Shown here in pieces: positions 12,672 to 25,600 of a stretch of DNA of 64,000 nt. Numbering within the stretch: the stretch's first letter is position 1; the number at the start of each line of letters is the position of its first letter. The DNA lies in contig NC_043014.1 in assembly GCF_006345805.1 (NCBI RefSeq), forward strand, positions 12,276,001 through 12,340,000, in the 5' to 3' direction. The position numbers and the translations under genes were made by a program. A model generated the notes under the pieces. It saw only the letters and a program-made list of their open reading frames with translations, made no database searches and was not told the origin of the DNA. Origin of the DNA: Octopus sinensis (Eukaryota).

Positions 12672-12864
12672 ATTTGGAAGGTAGTCTGCCAAACGTAACT
12701 GAATGCCAAATGAAAGAATCTTGTCCAGGTCTTAACTTTTCTAGGTTGAACTATGTGAATGCAGGTAAGGTATATAGTTCTGATGCTGTTGTTGTTGTTG
12801 TTGTTGTTGTCGTCATCGTTGTCATCTTGTTGTTGCTGCTGCTTGTTGTTATGCAACAAGACAG
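12672..12864 (+). CDS. Candidate upstream exon of the + strand membrane protein (alternative donors after 12764 or 12864)
   Basis: aacag| acceptor, two |gtaagg donors, open frame DLEGSLPNVTECQMKESCPG..; phase-compatible with 16150 or 16184. Confidence 0.4.
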
Positions 12865-13339
12865 GTAAGGGTGATTAGGTGATGGTCTAGAGCTTAGGGG
12901 CGGGAGACTCCAGACCTTGGAAAAAACAAAAAACTTTGGTCGTCTTGTAGTCGAGGGCTCTTCGTTGATGCCTAACACCACTGGGAGGTGGCCCTCGAAG
13001 TCGCTGGAAATAGAAATCTCCAGGTTCAAATTCTTGAGCAGCTGTTGCTGCTGCCGTTAATCTTGATTCTGTTTTCAGCTTTTCAGAGAAGAAAAGCTTA
13101 AATGAGAATGGAGAGGATACACACACACACACACACACACACGCATGTACATAAAATATATAAAAAATATCTATGCATACATATGTTTATGTATATGTAT
13201 ATATATTTATGTGTATGTATGTATATATATATATATTTCTCCTTCCGGTCTTTCAAAATGTGACCTCATGTGTACCAGTGTACCGTTGGCGATTTTTTTT
13301 TCCTCTGTCTTCCCTTCTCTGGATCTTTCCTTCTCCTAT

Positions 13340-13374
13340 GTTTCCGACGAAGAGCTCCGCTCGAAACGTTAAAC
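13340..13374 (+). ncRNA. Minimal hammerhead motif (U4 to C) in a short pseudo-LTR-like repeat (about 13235-13475)
   Basis: gttt CCGACGA a gagc tcc gctc GAAA cg TT aaac. Confidence 0.65.
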
Positions 13375-13619
13375 CATCCTTCTTCCCTTCTTTCCTGAGC
13401 GTCCAATAACACTATATTTGTTCCACGTCCTTGCGTTGTTGTGTTTTTTTTGTTTTCTTGTTTGGATTAACTTTATATATATTATATATATATACAAAAT
13501 GGCACAAGAACGCAAAACATTCAAATAGACGATACAAAAAACACGGACGGGTCATTCGAAGCCCCTAATCTTCAGTCAAGAACCAGATCATCCTCGCAAT
13601 TTTGATGCACACACTCGTT

Positions 13620-14332
13620 ACTTGCTGAGTGTGGAACATGATCTATGAGACCGGTGTAGCTTGGAATGCAGAAGCTGATTTGTGCAGGGCTGAAGGTCTT
13701 AAACGCAGCAAGAAGGACAAGAAGTTGAGAGGTGAGTGGGTGGAAGGAACGTACTTGTAACAGCCATGAAACTAGTCAGCTCCGAAGAAAAGAACCTATT
13801 ATAGACAAGTGAGACAAGTGAGACCATAACCCGTGGCTACTACATGGGATGTAGCCAGTCCACTTATGCATACCTTTCCTTCTTGGGACACAAAACTCTA
13901 CTTGTGAAGACCTGTTGAGGCAAGTGAGAATCGAAATCGATCAACATCAATGGAAATTGCAGCTGTGATACCAGTGCCGGTGGCACGTAAGAGAGCCATC
14001 TGAACGTGGCCGTTGCCAGCGCCGCCCCGACTGGCCTCGTGTCGGTGGCTCGTAAAAAGCACCATCTGTTCGTAGCCGTTGCCAGCCTCGCCTGGCCCCC
14101 GTGCCAGTGGCACGTAAAAAGCACCATCTGATCGTGGCCGTTGCCAGCCTCGTCTGGCATGTAAAAAGCACCCACTACACTCACGGAGTGGTTGGTGTTA
14201 GGAAGAGCATCCAGCCGTAGAAACTCTGCCAGATCAGACCGGGCCTGGTGCAGCCTTCTGGCTTCCCAGACCCCAGTTGAACAGTCCAACCCATGCTAGC
14301 ATGGAAAGCGGACAATGATGATGATGATGATG
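13620..14332 (+). mobile_element. RTE LINE 3' end with tandem units and (GAT)n tail
   Basis: Same motifs as 8550-9390. Confidence 0.8.
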
Positions 14333-14589
14333 AAATGGCAGAGACAGAGAGGAGACAGCACGCCTGTGAGTCAAAGACAGAATAGTGTTTGTCAGTGAGT
14401 GACTGCCAATCATTCGAGTGATCCTTTATTTTGGCTGTTCTCTAGCATGTCGGTGTGCATGGCTGCAGCACTGTCCAAGAAGTGAGAGCAATACTGAACT
14501 GTAGTTCTCACTCGAGCTTTGTAGAATATCAGCATCCATCCATCCATCCATCCATTCATCTCTCTCTCTCTATCTATCTATCTATCTGT

Positions 14590-14960
<371 letters not shown>

Positions 14961-15545
14961 TAAGCCATAGGTATTTACACGAAAAAATTATATTACTCAA
15001 TACAAGAATAAAATATAAAATGATGCAATGTGTTTGTAACAATACATAGTAAATTAGTTTCATGCTCAGCTCTTGTTACACACACTTTGTATACAAAGTG
15101 GTGGTATCTTCCTGTGTTTCAGGAAGTATTTGTCAGAGTGGTGACATTAAATGAAGTCGCAGATCTGGAATTTAAAGTTTGCTGATTTATTAAGGATTTT
15201 GAGGGCCAGAAAATCTTCTGAGTTATAAATAACCCGTAAATTTGGCCCCATTTCTGTATGGCCTGCATCTTCCAAGGATGTTGCACATTATACTGAAGTC
15301 AGGAGTACATTTATTTTAGCTCCAAAGATGACTCAGAATTTTTGTTGTTTTCCTCATTTCTATATTACTGAAAGTAGATTGACTGGAGTATAATCGTTTA
15401 AATATACGTCCGACAATATTTAGTACAAGTATTCGAAGCAGCAAGGTTAACATAAAGGTGTCTGCATTTATTCTTAACAAGTTTCTGCTCGAGCGTGAGA
15501 GGCATACGCTGAAAGTTTTTGATTCGGAGAAAAAAAACCCTGTAG

Positions 15546-15736
15546 AGATATTATGTGTAAAAATACATCAAACAGAACTGCACTACACATGAATTCAGCA
15601 GACTATTACGGTGTTTCGACATCATTTTGTCTCTCCAGTAGCAAACATCTCATCGGTTATCTTGAGCTAGGCCGAGATTTTTTTCTCTATACAGAAAACA
15701 GCAAGCAATGCATTTGCTGGTGTGTACTGAGGCATG
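15546..15736 (+). CDS. Possible Cys-containing exon of the + strand gene
   Basis: Open frame DIMCKNTS..KQCICWCVLRH, donor catg|gtaaac in phase with 16150; acceptor lacks a pyrimidine tract. Confidence 0.3.
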
Positions 15737-16149
15737 GTAAACTGGAATTAATTTAGTATAAGTTCTACGAGAGCAGATCTCATCCTAAACAGCAGTAATA
15801 ACAATGTATTTTTAACTTAGTAACACTTAAATTGATGACATACAGAAAAAAAAAACGTCCTTGAAAGTATAATTGAAAAATTTGCATCAAACCAACAAAT
15901 ATTGTAACCAATTGCAAGCAATAATGTTTAAACTTAAGGAATCCATGAAGCTTACCCATGTATTCCTTTACTTTTTAAAAGCTCTTTTATGTAAATATAT
16001 TTTTAAATCTCTTTTATTTGAAATATATTTTAAGGTTCTTTTATTTAAAAAATATATTTAATAGCTCTTTTATTAAAAAAATACTTTTAAGGTTCTTTTA
16101 TTTAAAATATATTTTCATTACACGAATGTTCTGGTTATTGATCTTATAG

Positions 16150-16328
16150 TGTGCCTGCTGAAATTTCCTGCTGTGTTGCCTAGGAAAGTAAATATATTAA
16201 CAGATGGAGACATACTGTTCTGGAAATCTACATCAATTAGTCAGGAATCGATGTTTTGCTATCATGGAGACAACAATTTACAATTTAAGAATATTTACGT
16301 AAACCACACTTGGTGTTCTGATAAACAG
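16150..16328 (+). CDS. Candidate exon of the + strand gene (alternative acceptor at 16184)
   Basis: Only one open frame (KVNILTDGDILFWK..HTWCSDKQ), donor cag|gttagt, phase 0 end. Confidence 0.5.
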
Positions 16329-17062
16329 GTTAGTTATTACATTATATTATAATCGTTAACAGCTAAGATGCTTTAAATAACTTCAGAGCTTTAGACACTA
16401 AGGTCAGTACTCGACTGGTACTTTGTATCGACCCAGCAAAGATGAACGGTCAGTTTAATAGCAGCAGTATTTAGGCTCTATTATTATTATCATTATCATT
16501 ATTTCAGGAATGATGGACAATTTTCAAAAGTACTTGGCCTGTCAGTGGAACGGGGCGCTTTGGTCTATTCGGAATAAAGCCTACAAACATGGTTATGTTT
16601 GAATCATGTGCAACTGGACTCGTTCAATGTCAGTGCTGAATTTGGAGATTTATGTCAGACAGTCGCTATCACATGCTAACAGCCGAGCCTATCGAGTACA
16701 TCGACTCACCACTTCCCTTTGGCAAGAAAAAGTGGGTAGTCTTACGTTGTGTGGAGACTATGGTGAAAGAGGATGTATTAAACAAGTTTGAAAGAACTTG
16801 AGACAAACACTTTTCTCTTCGATCAAAACCTCGTCAACTGTTTCATGTTACAACTGAAAGTGAGGAAAAAAACGAAAGTGCCACCATCCATTAATTTATG
16901 AAAGATTGCTGAGAGGGGCCAAATCGGTGTGGTTAAATGGGCCTACACAGTTGTGGGGTTGCAGTAAGAACTAGTTGAAGGTACTTGTATTTTGATGTCT
17001 CAGATAAGCCGGGGATCTATGCGAATATGTTTTCTGAATTAACCCCATGCGATTATTATACC

Positions 17063-17292
17063 TATTTCTTTACTACCCACAAGGGGCTAAACTCAGAGGG
17101 GACAAACAAGGACAGTCAAACTGGTTAAGTCGATTACATCGACCCCAGTTTGTAACTGGTACTTAATTTATCGACCCCGAAAGAATGAAAGGCAAAGTCG
17201 ACCTTGGCGGAATTTGAACTCAGAACGTAACGGCAGACGAAATACGGCTACGCATTTCGCCCAGCATGATAACGTTTCTGCCAGCTCACCGC
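17063..17292 (-). mobile_element. Meta-type SINE, full length
   Basis: Head, core and tail all present. Confidence 0.9.
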
Positions 17293-17600
17293 CATGCAAT
17301 TATTATACCATTGAAAGGTTGTTGTGTCTTCTTTTGCAATCTTTGGGAATGGTTTTATCAAACAAGAGTTGATCCTTCGTACCTACATTTCTTTGTTTGC
17401 AACCTTTTTGTTCGTCTGGAAGTATGTTTTCATTTTCCAAGAAGAAACACATGCTTTCTGATAAAATACTTGTGAATAACTTGCAAAGAATAGGAAGGCA
17501 AGAAGTAGGGCAGAAATTGTCAGTAGCTTTCCATTTTGGTGCATCCTTCAGATAAAGTACTGCCCGTCCAAGTGTCATCTATGAGGGTAATGACTTTGCA
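17293..17600 (-). pseudogene. R4/Dong-clade reverse transcriptase fragment
   Basis: NFCPTSCLPILCKLFTSI..ILPDEQKGC..GTKDQLLFDKTIPKDCKRRHNNLSM. Confidence 0.8.
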
Positions 17601-17624
17601 TTGTTTAAAATTCTTTGTCTTCTT

Positions 17625-17837
17625 ACTCTTACTCTTTACTCTTTTACTTGTTTCAGTCATTTGACTGCGGCCATGCTGGAGCACCGCCTTTAGTTGAGCA
17701 AATCGACCCCGGGACTTATTCTTTGTAAGCCCAGTACTTATTCTACCAGTCTTTTGCCGAACCGCTAAGTTACGGGGACGTAAACACACCAGCATCGGTT
17801 GTCAAGCAATGCTAGGGGGACAAACACAGACACACAA

Positions 17838-17868
<31 letters not shown>

Positions 17869-17870
17869 AT

Positions 17871-17904
<34 letters not shown>

Positions 17905-18061
17905 CGACAGGCTTCTTTCAGTTTCCGTCTACCAAATCCACTCACAAGGCATTGGTCGGCCGGGGCTATAGCAGAAGACACTTGCCCAAGATGCCACGCA
18001 GTGGGACTGAACCCGGAACCATGTGGTTGGTTAGCAAGCTACTTACCACACAGCCACTCCT
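17625..18061 (-). mobile_element. CORE-type SINE, full length
   Basis: Head, CORE, internal (TA/CA) tract, (aagagt)n tail. Confidence 0.9.
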
Positions 18062-18267
18062 TCTTGATCGTTTTTGACATGTATTTCACATCACTCTCAT
18101 AACTTTGTTGTTATTTATATTGTTAAACATTGTTATATAGTGTAGATTTATCACCGTTACATAGATACTCTAACGAGGACCTTAGGGAAGTGGTTAGTTT
18201 TTCTCCATCTGCAGCCCCTAAGCGTTTGTTTAAGCTAATACACCCCTCAATTTTTGCTTAAAAGAAG

Positions 18268-19300
18268 ATGGCAGACAAGAATTGTTCGCCCGTTGAAAAG
18301 GACGGCCAGTCATCCGCACATCTGCCAAATCGTAAAACTGAGTGTCACCACCGTCACCGTCACCGTCACCTTCACCACTACCACCGTCACCGCCACCACC
18401 GTCGCCGTCACCGCCGTCACCGTCACCGCCACCGCCGTCACTGTCACCGCCGTCACCGTCACCGCCGCCACCATCACCGCTGCCACCGTCACCGTCACCG
18501 CCGCAAATGTCAACCAATACAACAATGACCAGGAAAATCAGGATACATAAAAAATAACTTTTTTTTACACATAGCACGTGCATATTCAGCCACCACTACC
18601 GCCGTTAATGCCAACACAGTAGCGGAAACTGACAAAAATGACAAATCTTGACCTAACGGGTTCGTCGTATCTGCAGTCTGGCAAACACAAGAACACAAAA
18701 ATCTGTCGACAGCTGATTTAAGAAATGAAAAATCCATATTAAAGAGAAATTGAAGAAGGGTAACTCTTAACACACCCGAAGCCATTGTGCAGGACTACTG
18801 AGCAACAATAACTTATAAAACAATAGGAGTTAAAAGCCGTAGATTAGAACGAGCAACACAACAACAAATCGAAAAATGTCTACGTCCAGTGTAGGACACT
18901 AAAACCTATGTCGCAAGAGAGAAGAAATATGGTACTGTAGAGGTGAGGTCTGCCAGAGGAGGAAGCAAGGAAGCACTCCACTTTGACCCTAAAAATGAGA
19001 ACTTTTTCCGGTATCCATATATCTGGGTCGTAGAGTTGTAAAAAATTTGAGACGTACCATCAGAAACAGACATCTGCTGGTTGGTAGCAGCTGTCCTCCT
19101 GGACAGAGAGGACAGAACAAACATTCTACATGCACGGAAACTGCTTAAACAAAACTGACTAGGGCAAGGCTTAGAGCTGGATAAGTTTAGAAACGATTCC
19201 GGACATCATAAATTAACCTGTGTGGGGACACAAATCATCTAAATACCTTTTGCTCACAACAAAAGAGAGAAGTGAGTCTTCCCTCACCTTTGCACGCACC
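18268..19300 (+). pseudogene. Decayed ORF1-like region of a non-LTR element containing a (CACCGY)n tract (18345-18500)
   Basis: aagATGG start; broken frame KTYVAREKKYGTVEVR..DVPSETDICWLVAAVLL; family assignment is inference. Confidence 0.4.
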
Positions 19301-19309
19301 ACCACAATA

Positions 19310-19391
19310 ATAACAAAAACAACTACAACAACAACAGTAACAACAATAACAACATCAGCAGCAGCAGCAGCAGCAGCAGAAGCAGCAGCAT

Positions 19392-19430
<39 letters not shown>

Positions 19431-19770
19431 GTGGAGGCGCAATGGCCCAATGGTTAGGGCAGCGGACTCGCGGTAGGAGGATCGCGGTTTCGATTTCCAG
19501 ACCGGGCGTTGTGTGTGTTTATTGAGCGAAAACACCTAAAGCTCCACGAGGCTCCGGCAGGGGGTGGTGGCGACCCCTGTTGTACTCTTTCGCTCCAAGT
19601 TTCTCTCACTCTTTCTTCCTGTTTCTTGTCCCCGACTTCCTACGTAACTCAGTGTCGGTGGTTGACCTGCTTTCTCTTCTACGGGTCTTACGAATAGTAA
19701 AGGACCACGTTTCGGACTTCTCTCATCTTGCGAGCTCTGGGACGAAGACCATTCGCTCCACAGCAACAAT

Positions 19771-19829
<59 letters not shown>

Positions 19830-19945
19830 CAACAACAACAACAACAACTGCAACAGCACCAGCATAGACAGGTGACCACTACGATAGCAGCAACAACAAT
19901 CACAACAGCAAACAAGAACAGCAGTGGAAGCAACAGCAACAAACA
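19310..19945. repeat. (CAA/CAG)n tracts surrounding a partial V-like SINE (19433-19628, +)
   Basis: Direct reading; SINE head ggaggcgcaatggcccaatggttagggcagcgg. Confidence 0.9.
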
Positions 19946-19984
19946 GAACAGCGAACTCACCAACATCTATGGCTTCTACATACC

Positions 19985-21260
19985 AACAGTAATAGTAGCC
20001 CTAAGAGCCGAAGGGGAAATTAAACACATAATGTGGAACGTTGTACCAGAGTGACCAATAACCCTGCAGTGTTAAAGAGAAGCGTCAAAAGACAAGTTCA
20101 TTAATGAAGCAAAAAATATAAAATATCTGTGGTCAGCGAATGAAAATAAAAGAAGGTTCGGGTAAGGAAAAGCAAAACATATATTCAACACGCGACGGCG
20201 TACTGATGTATGGCCAAGGGGTAGTGATACCTGATACTCTACAAAAAGGAACGTTGAAAGAATTCCATATTGGAATTCAGGGGGTCGCAAGGATGAAAGC
20301 GCTTATGTGCAGTTATGTTTATTGACCAAAGATGGACAAGGAAGTCGAAAACGTAGTAAAAGGCTACAGAAGATCTGCTCTGGCAGCAAAATTGCCTACT
20401 AAAAAATGGGAGTCTTGGCCACAAGTAAAAAGTCCATCGACAAGACTACACACTGATTTCGTGGGTCCGTTAAATGGTTATTACTACTTAGCAGTAGTTG
20501 ACAGTTTTACAAAATGACCGGAAATAGTTAAGTGCAAAAGACCAGCCTCCTAAACGTTAACAAATGCTTTGCATGAATTATTCGCAAGATTTGGCACCAC
20601 AAATGTGATTGTATCTGATAATGGAACGCAATTTCTGTCCAGTGAATTTAGAAAATTCTACGAAATGTTCACGGTAGAACATAAAACGATATCCCCTTAC
20701 CATCCAAGATCAAATGAACAGGCAGGGCGTTTTGTGAATACCCTCAAAAGAGCTTTGAGAAAAGCAAACAAGGAAGTCACAGACGAAGTCGCTTTGCAGT
20801 AATTCCTAAGAGTATACAGGGTGATACCGAACCCCAGTACACCAGCAGGAAACTCATCAGCTGAACTGATGTTCGCAAGGTTGGTGAAATCAGTTTTTGA
20901 TAAACTGTTACCTGGCGAGGGAAGAAAATGTACCCGGAAAGACAATCCCAAACTTTTCAAAATTGGTGATAAAGTGTCCATGTGGTCGTATAAAAATGGA
21001 AAGCAATACTGGAAAGAAATAAAAATTACAAAGCACATAATAAAAATAATGTACGAAATAAAAGGCAGAAAAGCTACTGAAAAGGGCACAAACCAATTGA
21101 AGAAGAGATTCATAGAAAATGAACCGGAAGAACCTATGGAATGGCTGTAAGACACATTACAGGTGGTTGAATCCACGCGTACAAGTGGAAGAAAAAGGAA
21201 GAACAAATAGATGCCAAGAAGAAGAATATTAAGTTGAAAAAAAACACGCTAAGAAGGGAG
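19985..21260 (+). pseudogene. Ty3/Gypsy pol 3' part (integrase) with polypurine tract
   Basis: RDGVLMYG..VVIP, HIGIQGVARMKALM.SYVY*PKMD, RLHTDFVGP, IVSDNGTQF, SPYHPRSNEQA; aagaagggaggaggga at about 21250. Confidence 0.92.
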
Positions 21261-21324
21261 GAGGGATGAATAAAGTAAAATAAAATTACTTGCTTCCCAA
21301 AGGAAAAAATGAAAAAAGACTAAA

Positions 21325-21592
21325 TGTTGTAGTGAAAATGGTACACCCTTTCTCACAGGAGAAAGTGGTTCATACCACTTTGTCACTATAAAGTCAGATA
21401 GTCTGTCGTTGTAGGAGGTCAGGGGCAGTAGAGTCGTTGTACGAGTTCTCAGTTGGAGTCAGTGTCACTTACGTGATACATACGAGTTCGAGTTACCGTC
21501 AAAGTAGACATTACAAAGACGTTGTCTTGTGGAGCAATCAGTGATAGCACGACAGACGAGTCAAAAACAATACTGGCGACAAGAATATTACA
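21325..21592 (+). mobile_element. Probable 3' LTR of the Gypsy element
   Basis: TGttgtagtg...gaatattaCA downstream of the PPT; boundaries uncertain. Confidence 0.45.
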
Positions 21593-21615
21593 GTGCCGAC
21601 GACACATACATGTAG

Positions 21616-21747
21616 ACGATGATCCACATTAAAAATGAAGTATGTGAAGTTAGCACATCGATGCTGAACCACTACAGTTCATCAGGGGAACACTTTGTTG
21701 TATTTGCAACGCCCATGCAGAGGATTAACTACAATGGTAAAACGCAC
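21616..21747 (+). CDS. Possible 132-nt exon of the + strand gene
   Basis: Phase 0-0 open frame TMIHIKNEVCEV..NYNGKTH links 16328 to 22055; weak splice sites (tgtag|, |gtaggg). Confidence 0.35.
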
Positions 21748-22054
21748 GTAGGGAATAAATGATATAAAACTTGTTTATGATAATTTCTCCTACATTTTCT
21801 ATGTACATCACAACCGCTAATAACTACCGCGTACAGTAGTAACTAAATCACATTATTGGAAGTAGACTGGAAGAGTTTCACTTACATGTAGTGAAAGAAC
21901 TATCTCAGTTGCTTTTTGTAGACATGTCTTTACTGATTTAGTTATTGTTTTTTTTTCAATGATATTAATGATGAGGTTAAATTGTAAACTGGTAGTAATT
22001 ACTGTAAATGTGAATAAACTCTTATAGTCTCTAAATTTTACTGTCTCCCTCCAG

Positions 22055-22145
22055 GTTAACTTCACGTGTATCACAAAGGACTGGATTGAAAATTATAAAA
22101 TTAATTTGGTGAAAATTAATGATCATTGTTCTGCGGATATGGTCC
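22055..22145 (+). CDS. Exon of mucin-like type I membrane protein
   Basis: ctccctccag| and |gtaagt; VNFTCITKDWIENYKINLVKINDHCSADMV; phase 1 joins 25175. Confidence 0.75.
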
Positions 22146-22345
22146 GTAAGTATAGTTCTAAATGTGTCAGAGTCACAAGAGAGTCGGCTAGACTGGTGCT
22201 TTGAAATATTTGTTCCGGCACTCTGCATTCAAATTCTATTGAGGACTAGTTTATCATTTATCCATTCAAGGTCGACGAATAAAGTACCAATCAAGTACTG
22301 GTCCAATTTCAAACACACACTCTCTCACCCGCTCATATATATATA

Positions 22346-22400
<55 letters not shown>

Positions 22401-22543
22401 GAGAGAATCGAACCCAGGACTTGACTTGTACTTTATTCATCGATCTGGAATGGACAAATGATAATGTGCTCAACAGAATTTGAACTCTGAGTGTAGAGAG
22501 CCAGAATAAATATCTCAAAGCATCAGTCTAGCAGACGCTTTAA

Positions 22544-22638
<95 letters not shown>

Positions 22639-23224
22639 TATTAGTAGCCCTAATAATGTAAACATTATCGATGAGCCAGACTTACTGTATGTTTTTTTAT
22701 TTATTTATGCGCTCATTAGTTGCGAGATAGTATCAGAGGGGAAAATCCCTGAATACCTCGGACTAGGGGAGACAATGTGCTGATGTGCATTGGCTGCGAG
22801 ATAGCGTCAGAAGGAAAACCCCTTTAAGACGCCGAATGTTGAAAAACACTAAGTTTGTGAAACAAACGAAAGTAGTAGCAATTAGCACATTTGGTAGGAG
22901 TTACATATATTTCTAAGATGGAAGAGTCCTACTCGTTCACGAAACTTTAAGTCATATGGCGCTAAGTTAGACTGTCCATTCGACTAAAGCGATTCAAGGT
23001 AGAGACCCAGCATGGCCACGGTCCAATTACAAAAAATAAGTAAAGATAAAAGATATGAAGTAAAATATACACGTATGCATACATCTGTCTATGTGTGTGT
23101 ATACACACACACACACACATGTACTTGTGATCGTTTGGGCACTTACCACATCAGTAATTGTGAGACACTGCACTTCCACAGAACCAGAAAAGACACAAGA
23201 AATTACGAAATAGTTTTAAACCAT

Positions 23225-23880
23225 AGCAATTCTACATGCTCATTAACATTATATCCTTAGCAATCCTACATGCTCATTAACATTATATCCTTAGCAACCC
23301 TACATGCTCATTAACATCATATCCTTAACAATCCTACATGCTCATTTACATTATATCCTTAGCAATCCCACATGCTCATTAACATCATATCCTTAGCAAT
23401 CCTACATGCTCATTAACATTATATCCTTAGCAATCCTACATGCTCATTAACATCATATCCTTAGCAATCCTACATGCTCATTTACATTATATCCTTAGCA
23501 ATCCTACATGCTCATTAACATTATATCCTTAGCAATCCTACGTGCTCATTAACATTATATCCTTAGCAATCCTACGTGCTCATTAACATTATATCCTTAG
23601 CAACCCTACGTGCTCATTAACATTATATCCTTAACAATCCTACGTGCTCATTAACATTATATCCTTAACAATCCTACATGCTCATTAACATTATATCCTT
23701 AACAATCCTACACGCTCATTAACATTATATCCTTAGCAATTCTACATGCTCATTAACATTATATCCTTAGCAATTCTACATGCTCATTAACATTATCATC
23801 ATCATCATCATCGTCGTTTAACGTCCGTTCTCCATGCTAGCATGGGTTGGACGGTTATCCTTAGCAATTCTACATGCTCA
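23225..23880. repeat. 34-bp minisatellite, about 17 copies, interrupted by a 60-nt RTE tail
   Basis: Unit tagcaatcctacatgctcattaacattatatcct. Confidence 0.95.
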
Positions 23881-24156
23881 GGGCGTGTAAGTGACTGAGA
23901 GTACAATACGTACGTCTACCATTCTGAACAGGACCTGAATCTGTTGCAGAGTTAACCTCACGCTGTTGCTGATCCTCATTTTTAGCTGAATGAACTGAAG
24001 TAGCGTGAAATGAAGTGATTTGCGGAAGAGCAAGCACAACACGATACCCATACCAATATCGAAACCACGATCTTATGGTTGTGAGTCTAACAGTGTAACC
24101 ATTTGGCCAGGCACCTTCACACATGTGAATCAGAAGTGTTTGATTATATAAGCGTT

Positions 24157-24581
24157 GGATCTTTTCCTTTTGAAGGCCAGATTTCAACACAATTTCTAGT
24201 TAACTAAACACTTTTAAACTTCGTATACTGGCAGAATGTGTTTATAAAACATTATTTTTTCTTGGCTTTATTGAGAAAATTCTATATGTTGTAAGATATT
24301 TCGTCTGAAAATCTGAGCATTTTGGCAATTTTAGCCAATCGATTACCTCCATTTAGGTAAACAACATTTGCTGCGTCTAAAACTAAGACAACATCCTGTA
24401 ACTAACCTTAACCCTAATTTTTTTTCTTAATTGTTAAAATGATTTAATTGTTATGTGTGTAAAAAAACCCGAAAGCAATGGAAAGTGATTTAAACAATTA
24501 ACAATCAAAATAATTCTATAATTTTTTACACACGCTTTCCGTACGTTGTGTTGAAATCTGGCCTTCAAAAGGAAAAGATCC
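24157..24581. mobile_element. MITE with 36-bp perfect TIRs and 8-bp TSD (Merlin-like, tentative)
   Basis: ggatcttttccttttgaaggccagatttcaacacaa at both ends, TSD taagcgtt. Confidence 0.85.
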
Positions 24582-24810
24582 TAAGCGTTTGATAAATGAG
24601 TTGATACGGCTAAGGACTCGTTGTACAGTACGGTCCGGAAATCGGATCTACTACATTACAAGCATAAGCTTAAATCCTAACCACTATTCCACGCACTTTT
24701 GCTTGACCCTTAATAATCTACTTGGTCAAAAAAAAAAATACACATGCCCACAAACACTTTCTCACACTAAGACATGCTTTCACACTCAAGCATACACGTA
24801 TACTCTACAC

Positions 24811-25029
24811 CAGTGGTTTTCAACCAGGGTTCCGCGGAACCTTAGGGTTCCGCCAGTACAGTCCAGGGGTTCCGCAAGAAGTTACAAAACTGCTAAAATC
24901 GGCAGTAATTTTTAATTCTCCTGTGCAGATATGTGTGCATAAGACTATTAAATTATTGCACAGGGGTTCCTCCAGCCAGTGGAATGTTTCTCTGGGGTTC
25001 CGCTCCAGCAAAAATGTTGAAAAGCACTG
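24811..25029. mobile_element. hAT/Charlie-type MITE
   Basis: cagtggttttcaac / gttgaaaagcactg, TSD ctctacac. Confidence 0.9.
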
Positions 25030-25037
25030 CTCTACAC

Positions 25038-25068
<31 letters not shown>

Positions 25069-25174
25069 TACTCACACGCACTTGCTTACGCTACCACATA
25101 CACATACGCTCACCTGTTAATACATGATGTTGTTAAAAGTTATTTAATTTGTTTTGTTTTTCCCTCCTCTGAAG

Positions 25175-25600
25175 CCCTGAAGAGTCGTCCAACGGTTGCA
25201 TCAACAACAGCGACAACAACATCAACGATAATGCAGTCGACTAATACACAATCTTCAACTTCAACATCGCTAATAACATCACTAGCCCCCTCCTTTTCCA
25301 TTTCTTTCTCTTCTTCTTCCGTCTCCTCATCACCTCCGTCTACATTATCTTCCTCCACCTCCACCTCTTCTCCATTGTCTGTACCATCCTCTACTTCCTC
25401 CTACTCATTCTCCTCCTCTTTCTCATATCCCTCATCATTATGGTCATCGTGGTCGACACTGTCATCGTCTTACCACAACGCAATTACACAAGAAGGAACA
25501 TCTTCAGTAGAAGCTGACCCAGTCGTTACCTCGACAGTTACAGAAGCAGGAGGACCATCAAATGCTGAAGGCCATCCAGTTACCATAGTCCCAACAACCC
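25175..25600 (+). CDS. Ser/Thr-rich mucin-like exon
   Basis: tccctcctctgaag| and |gtgagt; 426 nt, phase 1-1, LKSRPTVASTT..PVTIVPTT. Confidence 0.82.

Noticed and set aside
12900-13080. Possible Gypsy integrase C-terminal remnant on - strand
   Set aside because: Similarity requires mixing frames and is too weak to support
16508-16860. Good acceptor at 16507 and ORF 16606-16791 as exons
   Set aside because: Phase is incompatible with the 16328 donor, stops intervene and no motif is recognisable
18180-18222. 7-bp stem upstream of the ORF1-like region as an HDV-like ribozyme
   Set aside because: No P2/P3/L3 pseudoknot elements or catalytic C context found
19700-19735. gaaacgt-containing motif on - strand as a hammerhead
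   Set aside because: Core reads AAGAUGA and stem II does not pair
21660-21690. CTGATGA on - strand
   Set aside because: No GAAA follows
23225-23795. CRISPR-like array (also 43416-43604)
   Set aside because: Head-to-tail units without unique spacers, in eukaryotic DNA with no cas genes
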